Source: Squalus acanthias (Eukaryota). Taken from it: 64,000 nt of DNA. Positions within the stretch are counted from its first letter, which is position 1; each line of letters opens with the position of its first letter. Below, in pieces: positions 1 through 10,863 of this stretch. A program made the translations under genes and the position numbers. The notes beneath the pieces were generated by a model. It saw only the letters and a program-made list of their open reading frames with translations, made no database searches and was not told the DNA's origin. The stretch is taken from positions 137,270,001 through 137,334,000 of the forward strand of contig CM059432.1 in assembly GCA_030390025.1 (NCBI GenBank), in the 5' to 3' direction.

Positions 1-324
1 GACGTCATCAAATCGAGGTGCAGACCGAGGTCTCTAGCTGGCCATTCTTCCTGCAGGTGCCTCTAACATGCAAAGGCAGAAGCTTGGCAGTCTGCAGAGG
101 AAGCAAGGCTTGTTGCAGACCTTAAATGCTGCAGCAATGATGACGTCATCGAAGCGACTTTCAGACTGGAAAAACTCACTGGCCATGGGTTCCCACACGT
201 TGGAACTCAATTGGCCAATTATGTTAAAATCGCATCAATCTCCCACATCGATTTAGATTCGGGTGGCTAACACGAAATGCGGATTACACGACCCCAGCCC
301 GCCCCTGAATCAAAATCCAGCCCC

Positions 325-540
325 TTGTCTCTGTGTCCTCTGGTTACCGGCCCTCTGGCAGTGGAAAGAGTTTCTCCTTATTCACTCTATCAAAACCGTT
401 CATAATCCTGAACGCCTCTATTAAATCTCCCCTTAACCTTCTCTGTTCTAAGCAGAACAACCCCAACTTCTCTCGTCTCTCCACATAACTGAAGTCCCTC
501 ATCCCTGGTATCATCCTAGTAAATCTCCTCATCCCTAGGT
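325..540 (-). mobile_element. CR1 LINE 3' fragment
   Basis: ORF 344..532 (RRFTRMIPG..LEQRRLRGDLIE) matches the C-terminus of the intact CR1 ORF2 at 5454..8321. Confidence 0.85.
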
Positions 541-1058
541 GCCCTTCCAGTTTTGGGGAAGGAAAACAATGTCCCCTGCCTCATTAGTATGGCTGCACTC
601 CATGGCTCCTCGAGGAAAGACCCAGAAATCCCGGACTGCATAATGGGGATGGAGACCCAGGCTTAGAAATTGGCCCACTTACCAGCATGAGTTTTCGCCG
701 CGATCTGGTCAAAAAATGGCAACCGCCACTCTAGCGGCCTTCTCTGGTGCGGGACTCGGCGGCCGCCATTTTGGTGAGGGCCTTAGCGCTGCCGTAAATT
801 AAGAGAGGGTGACTTCGTCACCTCAGCAAACTTGGACCTTAGCGTAGAGTTCAGCACTGGGTCCGAAGCTCACCATGAAAACCCAGCATTCAGCAGACTG
901 ACAGAGACGCTGTCAGCACCTCTTAAAGGGACACACACATCTTTCAGGTAAGTTTGCATTTAAGCTTCGGACTGGATTTAAAAAAAAATTATTGAAGTAG
1001 TGGCTTGGTGCAATGCATGTTAAAAGTTTTTTAAGTGTGCAGGGAGTACAGAGAGTGC

Positions 1059-2317
1059 TGTAAGGGTTGGTGTGGTCGGGTCAGCTTCATCTCTGACTCA
1101 GTGAGCGGTTCGAATCACTCCCACGCCCCTGGTTCTAGACCTTGGACTTATTTAGGGGTTGTGAACAAAGATGCAGTAGACAACAGGTTCTGATGAAAGA
1201 ATTTTGACTTTATTAAAAAAAAAGGTAACAAACTTAAAACACACTTAATGCTTAAACACAGGTTGGGGAACACACGGTACAGGCGAGGGAGAATTTCAAT
1301 ATACAAAACCCTTGTCCCTCCCAATCCACTGCCTAGCTAGGTTTAATTCCAGAGGATCAGGGATAATGCTCACCAAATGACAGTTCTTGACAGTTGAGAG
1401 TTAGGGTTTAGAGTCTTTTGAGTAAAAGGTTTCGTAAGGCGCTTGTTGCCGCGAGGTGTCCGCTGGTCACTGAGGCGGTCGCTCTGGTCTCTTGAACTGC
1501 TGGCCTTCTTTGTTGTACTTCTTTCTGTTGAACTCTGCCTCTGTTTGAACTGTCTTCTTCCGAGCTGTGGAACTGCCTTCTTGCAGAACTGTGGAACTCC
1601 TTGCTGCTCCTTCCTTGCTTCTCCTGAACTCTGTAACTCCAGCCCTGACTTCTGCTGAAAACAGGCTTTTCGATTGAACTGCAGAACTGCCTTCTGTTGA
1701 ACTTGAACTCATTGTTACTGTTTGATGGGCCTTCAATTATACTAAATTGAAGTGGCCTTATCTACCCCAAATCAATTCCCGGTCATTGTAAGACCTCGTT
1801 AACAGTAACGACTTTACTAGCGTGTTAACTGGTTTTGTAAATGTGTGAAGTGGTTTCCGGATAGCTCCATCCTGTCGATCTGTTGTTTAATCGGAGTTTG
1901 AATTGTCCTCATGTTTTGGGTTTCTTGACTGGGCCTAGGACTTCTATCTTTATGCATGTCTTTAATGGATTCTGTAATCGGTTTGATGGGACCTGTTGTT
2001 TTGGGTGGGGCTGTCTCCTCCTAGGGTCTATTGTCAAAATGTTAATGCTTGCTGGGGCTTGAGTGAGGTCATCCCGATTCCCCAGACAATGCAATTTAAC
2101 TGCAATACCCAACACTGCTTTTGCAGAGGTCGAGCCCAACTTCCTTCACACCCTTTTCTCCCTTCACAGGCCCAGACATGCTTTTAAAATGGCAAAACTT
2201 GGTTTTTGATCTTACAGTCTCTTAGGTTAGGCCCAAATGCATTTTTATCACTCTGAGGTAGTTCCAAAGTCCTTTTTCCTTAGATTTTGGGGATCTGCAA
2301 ATTTTGGAAACCTTACA
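1059..2317 (-). mobile_element. Solo LTR, 1259 bp
   Basis: Termini TGTAAGG...CCTTACA; 4-bp TSD GTGC (1055-1058, 2318-2321); minus-strand AATAAA near 1210 and TATAA near 1740. Confidence 0.85.
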
Positions 2318-2367
2318 GTGCTGCTGGACGCTTGCAGGCCTCGGATGGTAAAGGAAGGCCTCTGAGA

Positions 2368-2508
2368 AGACAGAAAATGCTGGAAATACTCAGCAGGTCA
2401 GGCAACATCCATGGAGAGAGAATCAGAGTTTATGTCTCAGGACGAGATGCTGTCTGACCTGCTGAGTAAAAAGCATTTTATGCTTTTATTTCAGATTTAC
2501 AGCATCCG
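2368..2508. mobile_element. Fold-back pair of Penelope-type 3' tails (family 2)
   Basis: ACTCAGCAGGTCAGGCAACATC ... GATGCTGTCTGACCTGCTGAGT inverted; same tail sequence as 27250-27345 and 34199-34290. Confidence 0.7.
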
Positions 2509-3111
2509 CTTGCAGAGGGAAGAGGAAGCCTCAGAAGAGGAGGAAGCAGAAGGAAGGATGCAGCCCGGACAGGCCCTTTCTGGCTGGAATATCCAGGATG
2601 ATGAAAGTAAACAATGTGATGTAGTGATGGGAATGTTCAGTGGATGTTTTGCCATCATGAAGTTGTCATTTGCTCAAAGGTGATCCATCATGGACACTGT
2701 AAGCTGCAGCATCTGTTGGTGTAATTAAGCACACGGACAAGAAAGCATACAATTTCAAGCACAAGAAAACTGTAGTTAGTCTGCCAAGTGTAACAGATGC
2801 AGTTGGCTGCAATATAGATGGGAGAGCTTCCCAGTCATGAATACCAAAATGCACATTTTGTGCACACATATGTGTGTGATTAACAACATTCAGAGCTTAC
2901 AAGACCTCATCTCCACGCGCGGCATAGTTGGGTCAATCTCCTTCCTTCCTTGGGACGCAGGCGTTGGTTTCTAGAGTGTTGAGTCAATTAGTCCCTCATG
3001 ACAGAGTTATCTGTTTCACTTGGATCTTCGGTTCTGACTGAATTAGCCTTACATATGAATGATGATAGTGGAGTTGGCTTCGCTCGCACCTTTCTCCATC
3101 TCAGACTACTC

Positions 3112-3306
3112 CAGCGGTTCCCAACCTTTTCCTTCATGCGGACCACCAGCCGTTTAAAAATTGCTTCTGCGGACCACCAGCCGTTTAAAAATTTTTTAAC
3201 AGCCTATGGCTGACGGGAGTCAAACTTATAGATTTTTTTTCACGGACCACCTGCAGTACCCTCGCGGACCACCAGTGGTCCGCGGACCACAGGTTGGGAA
3301 ACGCTG
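3112..3306. mobile_element. hAT-type MITE, 195 bp
   Basis: TIRs CAGCGGTTCCCAACC / GGTTGGGAAACGCTG; perfect 8-bp TSD GACTACTC; internal GCGGACCAC repeats. Confidence 0.9.
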
Positions 3307-3389
3307 GACTACTCACAACTAAGTGGCACTCTTTAGATCTGTCGGTAGCGGGCTAGTGCAGCCACAATTTAGCTTCTAACCTCTAACCT

Positions 3390-4030
3390 GAAACTTAACT
3401 GGACCAGCCACATAAATACTGTGGCAACAAGAGTAGGTCAGAGGCTGGGTATTCTGCGGCGAGTGACTCACCTCCTGACTCCCCAAAGTCATACCACGAT
3501 CTACAAGGCACAAGTAAGGAGTGTGATGGAATACTCCCCACTTGCCTGGATGAGTGCAGCTCCAACAACACTCAAGAAGCTCGACACCATCCAGGACAAA
3601 GCAGCCCGCTTGATTGGCACCCCATCCACCACCTTAAACATTCACTCCCTCCACCACCGGCGCACCATGTCTGCAGTGTTTACCATCCACAAGATGCACT
3701 GCAACAACTCACCAATGCTTCTTCGACAGCACCTCCCAAACCTGCGACCTCTACCACCTAGAAAGACAAGGGCAGCAGGCGCATGGGAACGCCACCACCT
3801 CCAAGTTCCCCTCCAAGTCACACACCATCCTGACTTGGAAATATATCGCTGTTCATTCATCATCGCTGGGTCAAAATCCTGGAACTCCCTCCCTAACAGC
3901 ACTGTGGGAGCGCCTTCACCACACGGACTGCAGCGGTTCAAGAAGGCGGCTCACCACCACCTTCTCAAGGGCAATTAGGGATGGGCAATAAATGCTGGCC
4001 TTCCCACATCCCGTGAATGAATAAAAAAAA
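3390..4030 (+). mobile_element. 5'-truncated CR1-group LINE (family B) 3' end
   Basis: ORF 3421..3978 (IYKAQVRSVMEYSPLAW) near-identical to the C-terminal part of RT ORF 40681..41664; AATAAA and A-tail. Confidence 0.85.
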
Positions 4031-5204
4031 ACACTCTGTCCTTAAAAGATAACTGCTAAGTAATAGTTCTTACAGAAGAGGAATAAAGGAAATAAAAGTC
4101 TTCGTCTGATTAACACAGTGAGACTAAGAAAATATGCTACTTCTACTTTGCCAAAGAAAACTGCTTCTGAGTGACCCATGTGACAGATGGGCTCGCCCTT
4201 TTGGTGTCAATCGCCCCCAGCAAGTCAGCATTGATCTTCAGACAGGTCAGTTCTAATTTTACAACCTCCGATTACCTTAAAGCTTTACTTTTAACAAAGG
4301 CGCCCATGCAAATATGAGGGGTTGTGGCCTGTTTACAGCTCAGTAAGTGCTTCTTCCCTGGACCTGAGCCAGGGATAATTACTTTCTGACTTAATTGCTT
4401 AAAAGCCTGTATTAATTATTTACTTCCCAGCAATCAGTTCCCAGCTGAACTCCATATTGTACGAGCATCCTCAGGCAGTTTAGGAAAGAAAGGGGGTTAA
4501 ATTGGGCCGTTAAATTTGCCCATTTTTTAGGAGCTACGCACCAACTAAGACTCAGAAATGGGGTCTGAGATGTGCATGCACACGTCCGATGGGAACTGCG
4601 CTGGACACCATCTTGGTAAAGGTGTTTGCGCGCGCGACTAACGACTGCCAATGGGATGCAGAGCAGCAAGATGATGACCCAAATCAGTGTGCAACGCTGA
4701 TTTGTATCCACGACTGCCATTTTGCAACTTCCCACTCCAACTAACACCATGGCCCGTAATTTCCAATAGGAGGCTTCCTGCGTGCGGATGCCTCCTATCG
4801 GGAAAAAATCTACGCCCTTACCTGAGGGCTCCCGTGGTCCGGACACTTCCGATCCTGGGCCTCTCCACACTCAAAATGCGCAGGGCCCACGTATCCCAGA
4901 GGCGCAGGCTGTTCGCAAGCGTCCCTGGGATCACATGGGCCAGGCAAGCCAATGGGAGAAGGGAATCTCCCTTCATACTTCTGACAGATAGACCCGTCAA
5001 ATATATGAATGGGGATCACACCAAAAACACATTAAAACATTAAATACATCATTAAATACAACACAAACTGGGAGAGAGAGAGAGAGAGAACAACACAAAC
5101 TGGGAGAGAGAGAGAGAGAACAACACAAACTGGGGGAGAGAGAGATGAGCAGATGATACAAAGCGATTCTCTATGAACATCATATTCCATTGCTTTCTGA
5201 GAGG

Positions 5205-5379
5205 GATGAAACTCTCTGAGCAGTGGTGTAAGAGGGAGGGTTTTAAATTTTTGAGGCATTGGAACCAGTTTTGTGGTAGGTGTGACCTATACAAAAGGGA
5301 CGGTCTACACCTGTGCAAGGATGGAACTGATGTTCTCGGGGTAATTTTTGATAAAGCAGTTCGGGAGCATTTAAACTAG
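5205..5379 (+). pseudogene. CR1 ORF1 C-terminal remnant (SGNH esterase-like)
   Basis: WCKREGFKFLRHW..LYKRDGLHL, with the DGLHL motif of CR1 ORF1 esterase domains; stop TAG 5377-5379. Confidence 0.8.
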
Positions 5380-5453
5380 TATGGCAGGGGGCTAGAAACC
5401 TATGTAGTGAAATAGAGGAAAGTGAAAGGCAGACAGAAATAAATGGTAAAAGG

Positions 5454-8321
5454 GTGAGGAACAAAAAACAAAGGGCCAAACTAATTCATAAAAAATGTGA
5501 GCATAAAAAAAGCCTGAGGGTTTTATACCTTAATGCGAGAAGCATCAGGAACAAGGTAGATGAATTAGCTGTGGAAATAGAGGTTAATAATTATGATCTA
5601 ATTGGGATTACGGAAACATGGTTGCAGGGTGAGCAGGGCTGGGAGCTTAACATACAGGGGTATTCAGTATTTAGGAAGGATCGACAAAAAAGAAAGGGAG
5701 GAGGGGTAGCATTGCTGGTAAAAGAGGGGATAAATGCAATTGAAAGGAAGGATATTAACTCAGTTAATACAGAATCTATATGGGTGGAGCTAAGAAATAG
5801 CGAGGGGCGAAAAACATTAATAGGAGTGGTATATAGGCCTCCAAATAGTAAAATAGAGGTTGGGGAGGGCATCACGAGGGAAATTAGAGAAGCGTGCAAT
5901 AAGAGCACAGCTGTCATCATAGGTGACTTTAACTTACATATAGATTGGACTAGCCTAATCAGTAAAAATAATGAGGAGGAGGAATTCCTTGAGTGTTTAA
6001 GGGATGGTTATCTGGATCAATATGTCGAGGAACCAACTCGGGAACAGGCTATATTGGACTGGGTACTGTGCAATGAGAAGGGACTAATTAGTAATCTTGT
6101 TGTACGGGGACCCTTGGGTCAGAGCGATCATAACATGATCGATTTCTCACTCGAAATGGAGAGCGAAGAAATTGACTCAGAGACTAAGGTCCTGAATTTA
6201 AACAAGGGGAATTATGATGCCATTAGACGGGAACTGAGTAGGTCTGATTGGACAACGTTCCTGGGAGGACTGGAGGTAGATAAACAATGGCAAGCATTTA
6301 AAGATAGAATGACAAAATTGCAAAAATTGTTTATACCAATCTGGCATAAAAGGAAATCTAAAAAGGTGACTCAACCGTGGATAACAGGGGAAATTAGAGA
6401 CAGCATAAAATCCAAAGATAGGGCGTATAAAATAGCCAAAAAAAGCGCCAGAGCGGAAGATTGGGAACAGTTTAAGATAGAGCAAAGGAGGACAAAGGGC
6501 TTAATCAAGAGGGGCAAAATAGCTTACGAAAGCAAGCTGGCGGAAAATATAAAAACTAACTCCAAAAGCTTTTATAAGTATATCAAGAGAAAAAGACTGG
6601 TGAAAACCAAAGTTGGTCCATTGCAGTCAAATACGGGGGAATATATAACGGGAAATAAGGAAATGGCAGACCAACTAAATGCATACTTTGGGTCAGTCTT
6701 TACGAAGGAAGACACAAAAAACCTCCCTGGGATATCGGGAAAAATAGGGACATTGGCAAAGGAGGAACTGACGCAAATCAATATCTCTAAGGATATGGTG
6801 TTAAGGAAGCTAAAGGGATTGAAGGCGGACAAATCCCCAGGGCCTGATAACATGCATCCTAGGGTACTGAAGGAGGTGGCCCTAGAGATAGCGGATGCAC
6901 TAAGTATGATTTTTCAGAATTCATTAGACTCGGGAACAGTGCCCATGGATTGGAGGGTAGCTAACGTTACCCCACTATTCAAAAAGGGGGGTAGGGAAAA
7001 GGCAGGTAATTACAGACCTGTAAGCCTTACATCAGTTGTGGGCAAAATGCTGGAGTCCATCATTAAGGATGAAATAGCGGAGCACTTAGCAAATGGGGAC
7101 AGGATAGGACAGAGTCAACATGGATTTACAAAGGGTAAATCGTGCTTGACTAATCTATTGGAATTTTTTGAGGGAGTAACTGGTAAAATAGATGGGGGAG
7201 AGCCAGTAGATGTGGTGTACCTGGACTTCCAAAAGGCCTTCGACAAGGTCCCACATAAAAGATTAGCATGGAAAATTGAAGCTCATGGGATAAAGGGGAA
7301 AGTATTGACGTGGATAGAGAACTGGCTGTCAGATAGAAAACAGAGAGTTGGAATAAACGGCTCATTTTCTGAATGGCAGGCAGTAACAAGTGGGGTACCG
7401 CAGGGATCTGTCCTGGGTCCCCAGCTGTTCACAATTTACATTAATGACCTGGATCAGGGAGTCGGATGCAGCATTTCCAAATTTGCAGACGACACTAAAC
7501 TAGGAGGGGGGGTGGGCTCAGAGGAGGAGACCAGGAAGCTCCAGAGCGATTTGGACAGACTGGGTGATTGGGCGGATAAATGGCAGATGCACTATAATGT
7601 GGACAAGTGCGAAGTTATCCACCTTGGGTGCAGGAACGGGAGGGCAAATTATTATTTAAATGGCAATAAATTGGGAGAGGGGGAAGTACAGAGAGACCTG
7701 GGTGTTCTTGTACACCAGTCACTGAAGGCGAGCATGCAGGTGCAACAGGCGGTCAAGAAGGCAAACGGTATGCTGGCCTTCATAGCAAAAGGGTTGGAAT
7801 ACAGGAACAGGGATACCTTGCTGCAGCTGTACAGGGCACTGGTGAGACCACACCTCGAGTACTGTGTACAGTTTTGGTCGCCTCATCTGAGGAAAGATGT
7901 TCTTGCCATGGAGGGGGTGCAGCGGCGATTCACCAGGCTGATACCAGGAATGGCGGGATTGACCTATGAGGGGAGACTATGTAGTTTAGGGATGTACACA
8001 CTGGAGTTTAGAAGATTGAGAGGGGACCTCATAGAAGTGTATAAAATTCTGACAGGTCTAGACAGACTAGATGCAGAAGGAATGTTTCCCTTGGCGGGTG
8101 AGAACAGAACGAGAGGACATAATTTAAGGATAAGGGCTAAACCATTTAGGACAGAAATGAGGGGGAATTTCTTCACTCAGAGGGTGGTGAACCTGTGGAA
8201 CTCATTGCCACAGAGGGCAGTGTACGCCAGCTCATTAAATATATTTAAGAGGGAATTAGATATATTTCTACAGGCAAAAGGGGTTAAGGGTTACGGAGAG
8301 AAGGCGGGGACGGGATACTGA
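5454..8321 (+). CDS. CR1 ORF2: APE endonuclease + reverse transcriptase, uninterrupted (955 aa from a GTG; frame open from 5355)
   Basis: EN motifs LYLNARSI, ITETW, GDFN, SDH; RT motifs YRPVSLTS, LDFQKAFD, GVPQGSVLGP, FADD. Confidence 0.95.
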   Translation: MRNKKQRAKLIHKKCEHKKSLRVLYLNARSIRNKVDELAVEIEVNNYDLIGITETWLQGEQGWELNIQGYSVFRKDRQKRKGGGVALLVKEGINAIERKDINSVNTESIWVELRNSEGRKTLIGVVYRPPNSKIEVGEGITREIREACNKSTAVIIGDFNLHIDWTSLISKNNEEEEFLECLRDGYLDQYVEEPTREQAILDWVLCNEKGLISNLVVRGPLGQSDHNMIDFSLEMESEEIDSETKVLNLNKGNYDAIRRELSRSDWTTFLGGLEVDKQWQAFKDRMTKLQKLFIPIWHKRKSKKVTQPWITGEIRDSIKSKDRAYKIAKKSARAEDWEQFKIEQRRTKGLIKRGKIAYESKLAENIKTNSKSFYKYIKRKRLVKTKVGPLQSNTGEYITGNKEMADQLNAYFGSVFTKEDTKNLPGISGKIGTLAKEELTQINISKDMVLRKLKGLKADKSPGPDNMHPRVLKEVALEIADALSMIFQNSLDSGTVPMDWRVANVTPLFKKGGREKAGNYRPVSLTSVVGKMLESIIKDEIAEHLANGDRIGQSQHGFTKGKSCLTNLLEFFEGVTGKIDGGEPVDVVYLDFQKAFDKVPHKRLAWKIEAHGIKGKVLTWIENWLSDRKQRVGINGSFSEWQAVTSGVPQGSVLGPQLFTIYINDLDQGVGCSISKFADDTKLGGGVGSEEETRKLQSDLDRLGDWADKWQMHYNVDKCEVIHLGCRNGRANYYLNGNKLGEGEVQRDLGVLVHQSLKASMQVQQAVKKANGMLAFIAKGLEYRNRDTLLQLYRALVRPHLEYCVQFWSPHLRKDVLAMEGVQRRFTRLIPGMAGLTYEGRLCSLGMYTLEFRRLRGDLIEVYKILTGLDRLDAEGMFPLAGENRTRGHNLRIRAKPFRTEMRGNFFTQRVVNLWNSLPQRAVYASSLNIFKRELDIFLQAKGVKGYGEKAGTGY

Positions 8322-8909
8322 ATTGGAGGATCAGCCATGATCTCATTAAATGGCGGAGCAGGCTCGAAGGGCCGGATGGCCTACTCCTGCTCCTATCTTC
8401 TATGTATCTATGTATCTATGTATCTTTTTTTTAAATCACATTTTTAAAATGAGTTAAAATTACATTAACTTAAATATTTTAAACAAAAATTTAATTTTTT
8501 GAAAAAAATAATTAAAGTTTTTTACGGGGCTAAAAATAAATTTACCTTTTTTAATGTATTTTTAAATTATAAATGAGTGAAAAAAAAATTATTTTTACTT
8601 TTTTTAAACTCTTATGCTGGTACGTGTGCTTTTACCAGGCGTAAGATTTTTAAGTGATTTCAGCAGGCAGAGGTTCTGCAGAAAGCGGAACTCTACCCCT
8701 GCAGAGGCCCTTCTCCAGGGCAGGCGGAGGATCTGTCTAGAGGATTCTTGACAGATCGGAAATGTCGGTTTTCAGCGCATACCTGAAACCGGCATTTCCG
8801 ATGTCCCTACGGGTGTGTACACAGCTCGTATACACCCGTAGGCATCGGAAAATACGGCCCATGTCTTAACTTTGCACAGCTGAACACGACGTTAAACAAC
8901 AAGGCGGAC

Positions 8910-8973
8910 CACCCCCCCCCACATCACCCCCCCCCCCCGCCCCACCCCCCCCCCCCTCCCCCCCCCCCCCCCC
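8910..8973. repeat. Interrupted poly-C tract
   Basis: Long C runs with a few interrupting bases. Confidence 0.9.
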
Positions 8974-9189
8974 AACAGCCTGTGCTATTTAAAGGGATCA
9001 TGAAGTACTTACAGGATAGTTGCTGAATTATTTCTTCTGGCTGCTAGTGCAATTGTATGCATTTCTGGAGCTTTCCTATACTAGGCTAAAGTTTAAGTAA
9101 GTACTGTACTCTACAAGTAGTGGTCTGGTTGGTCTTGCAGTACCTTTTGTGTCAATTAAAATATTCTGCTAAAACAATTTGCTTACAGA

Positions 9190-10345
9190 CGTGGGTGACC
9201 TGGTAGGGCTTCCTCTGGGAATTGAACATGACTGGGAGAATGAAGAGAGGCCACACAGAGCAGGACAAGCTGCTGGAAGAGGGAGGAGGAGGAGAGGAAG
9301 ATGGGCACTCAGCAGGAGGCCATATCCACAGAGGGTCTTCAGGGAGCAGTTCTCTTACCTGAACTTCAGCGACGACCAATGCTTGAGACGTCTTTGCTTC
9401 ACAAAAGAGGTCATGACTGAAATCTGTCAACTGCTGCAGCCATAGCTGCAACCTCAAAGCAGGGCGGGGACAGCATTGTCTGTGGCTGTCAAGGTGAACG
9501 TGGTTTTAATTTTTATGCCTCTGGCTCCTTTCAGGCTGCTGCTGGAGATATAAGCAACATCTTGCAGTTTGCAGTGCACTGCAGTATAAGGGAGGTCACT
9601 GAGGCTCTCTATACACAGAGAAATACTTTCATCTCATCCCCTCTTGCTAGAAACAAGCATGAGAAGCGAGCAAGAGGTTTTGCATGGATTGCAGGCTTCC
9701 CCATGGTGCAGGGTGCCATTGACTGCATGCACATTGCCTTGCGTGCTCCTCATCTGAACTTGGCCATATTCATGAACCGAAAGGCATTTCACTCGTTTAA
9801 TGTGCAGCTGGTGTGTGACCACAGGCAGTGCACCATGCAGGTGAATGCCCATTATCATGACCGCAGTTACAATTCCTTCACTCTGTGGCAATCCTCTGTT
9901 CCACCTGTATTTGAATCAGCACAGCAAGTCAAAGGCTGGCTATTGGGCGACAAGGGTTATCCCCTCATGACATGACTCATGACTCTGGTCAGGAACCCAT
10001 GCACACGTGCGCAGCAGGCCTACAATGAGAGCTATGCTGCCACAAGGAACATTATAGAGCACACCATTGGCATCCTCAAGCTCCGCTTCCCCTGCCTGGA
10101 CTACTCTGGAGGACCCTGCAGTACTTAGCTGAGTGGGTATGAAGATTTGTGGTAGTATGCTGCATGCTGCACAACCTGGCCATTATGAGGGGACAGTCCT
10201 TACCACCACCTATCAGGTGAGAAGCTGATGAGCAGGAGCATGAGGAAGAGGAGGAGGAAGTGGAGAAACATGAAGAGGACAACGTACACAGCCCCTTCCT
10301 GCCAGGGCTCTAGGTGATCAGATTATTCATGAGCCATGCAAGTAA
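9190..10345 (+). pseudogene. Harbinger DDE transposase pseudogene (HARBI1-like family)
   Basis: GFPMVQGAIDCMHI, NVQLVCD, WLLGDKGYPL, YNES..TRNIIEHTIG; broken by stops and frameshifts. Confidence 0.9.
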
Positions 10346-10379
10346 CCTCAGGCACCCCTCACCATTCACCAATAGTCCC

Positions 10380-10863
10380 GGGGTAGGGCAGCATAGTTAC
10401 TGGGCTAGTAATCTAGAGGACTAATGATCCGAGGACGTGAGTTCAAATCCCATCACGGCAGCTGGGGAATTTAAATTCAGTTAATTAAATAAATCTGGAA
10501 TAAAAAGCTAATATCAGTAATGGTAACCATGAAACTATCGGATTGTTGTAAAAACCCATCTGGTTCACTAATGCCCTTTATGGGAAGGAAATCTGCCGTC
10601 CTTACCCAGTCTGGCCTATATGTGACTCCAGACCCACATCAATGTAGTTGACTCTTAACTGCCCTCTGAAATGGCCGAGCAAGCCATTCAGTTGTACCAA
10701 ACCGCTACGACTAAGTCAGCACTGTGGGAGTACCTTCACCACATGGACTACAATGGTTCAAGAAGGCGGCTCACCACCACCTTCACAAGGGCAAATAGGG
10801 ATGGGCAATAAATGCTGGCCTGGCCAGCAATGCCCACATCCCACGAATGAACAAATTAAAAAA
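10380..10863 (+). mobile_element. tRNA-headed SINE with LINE family-B 3' tail; central part resembles Meta-domain SINEs as recalled
   Basis: B-box-like GAGTTCAAATCCC at ~10439; 10718-10863 matches LINE tail 3897-4030. Confidence 0.75.

Larger units (their letters stand above)
660..2700 (+). mobile_element. Degenerate Harbinger-derived element interrupted by a solo LTR and a Penelope-tail fold-back
   Basis: GG..AAATT-type left terminus at ~660, TTAAAGGG promoter-like motif, acidic GAG/GAA tract at 2515-2585 resembling the transposase 3' end at 10230-10310; right end not located. Confidence 0.4.
5051..8424 (+). mobile_element. Young CR1 LINE, truncated within ORF1
   Basis: ORF1 C-terminus, intact ORF2, short 3'UTR and terminal (TATGTATC)x3 at 8401-8424. 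Confidence 0.95.
4751..8860. mobile_element. Non-autonomous DNA transposon split by a CR1 insertion
   Basis: TIRs GGCCCGTAATTTCC / GGAAAATACGGCCC (12/14); halves 4751-5050 and 8425-8860 align with the uninterrupted copy at 54411-55114. Confidence 0.85.

Noticed and set aside
1190..1215. CTGATGA in the solo LTR as a hammerhead core
   Set aside because: No helix II or downstream GAAA in the right position.
1443..2187. Short ORFs inside the solo LTR
   Set aside because: Low-complexity products of the internal repeats; no domain similarity.
5591..8176. Antisense ORFs within CR1, and the many alternate-frame ORFs within Penelope, LINE-B and Harbinger copies
   Set aside because: Shadows of coding sequence with no recognisable motifs.
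4743..8867. Reconstructed empty site AACACCATGTCTT resembles the zebrafish Harbinger3 target preference as I recall it
   Set aside because: The second copy of the same element (54411) has unrelated flanks; a single match recalled from memory is not enough.
8910..8973. Poly-C/G tracts (also 22908-22950, 61768-61806) as functional quadruplexes
   Set aside because: Simple homopolymer expansions, two of them inside decayed TEs; lengths are unreliable in assemblies.
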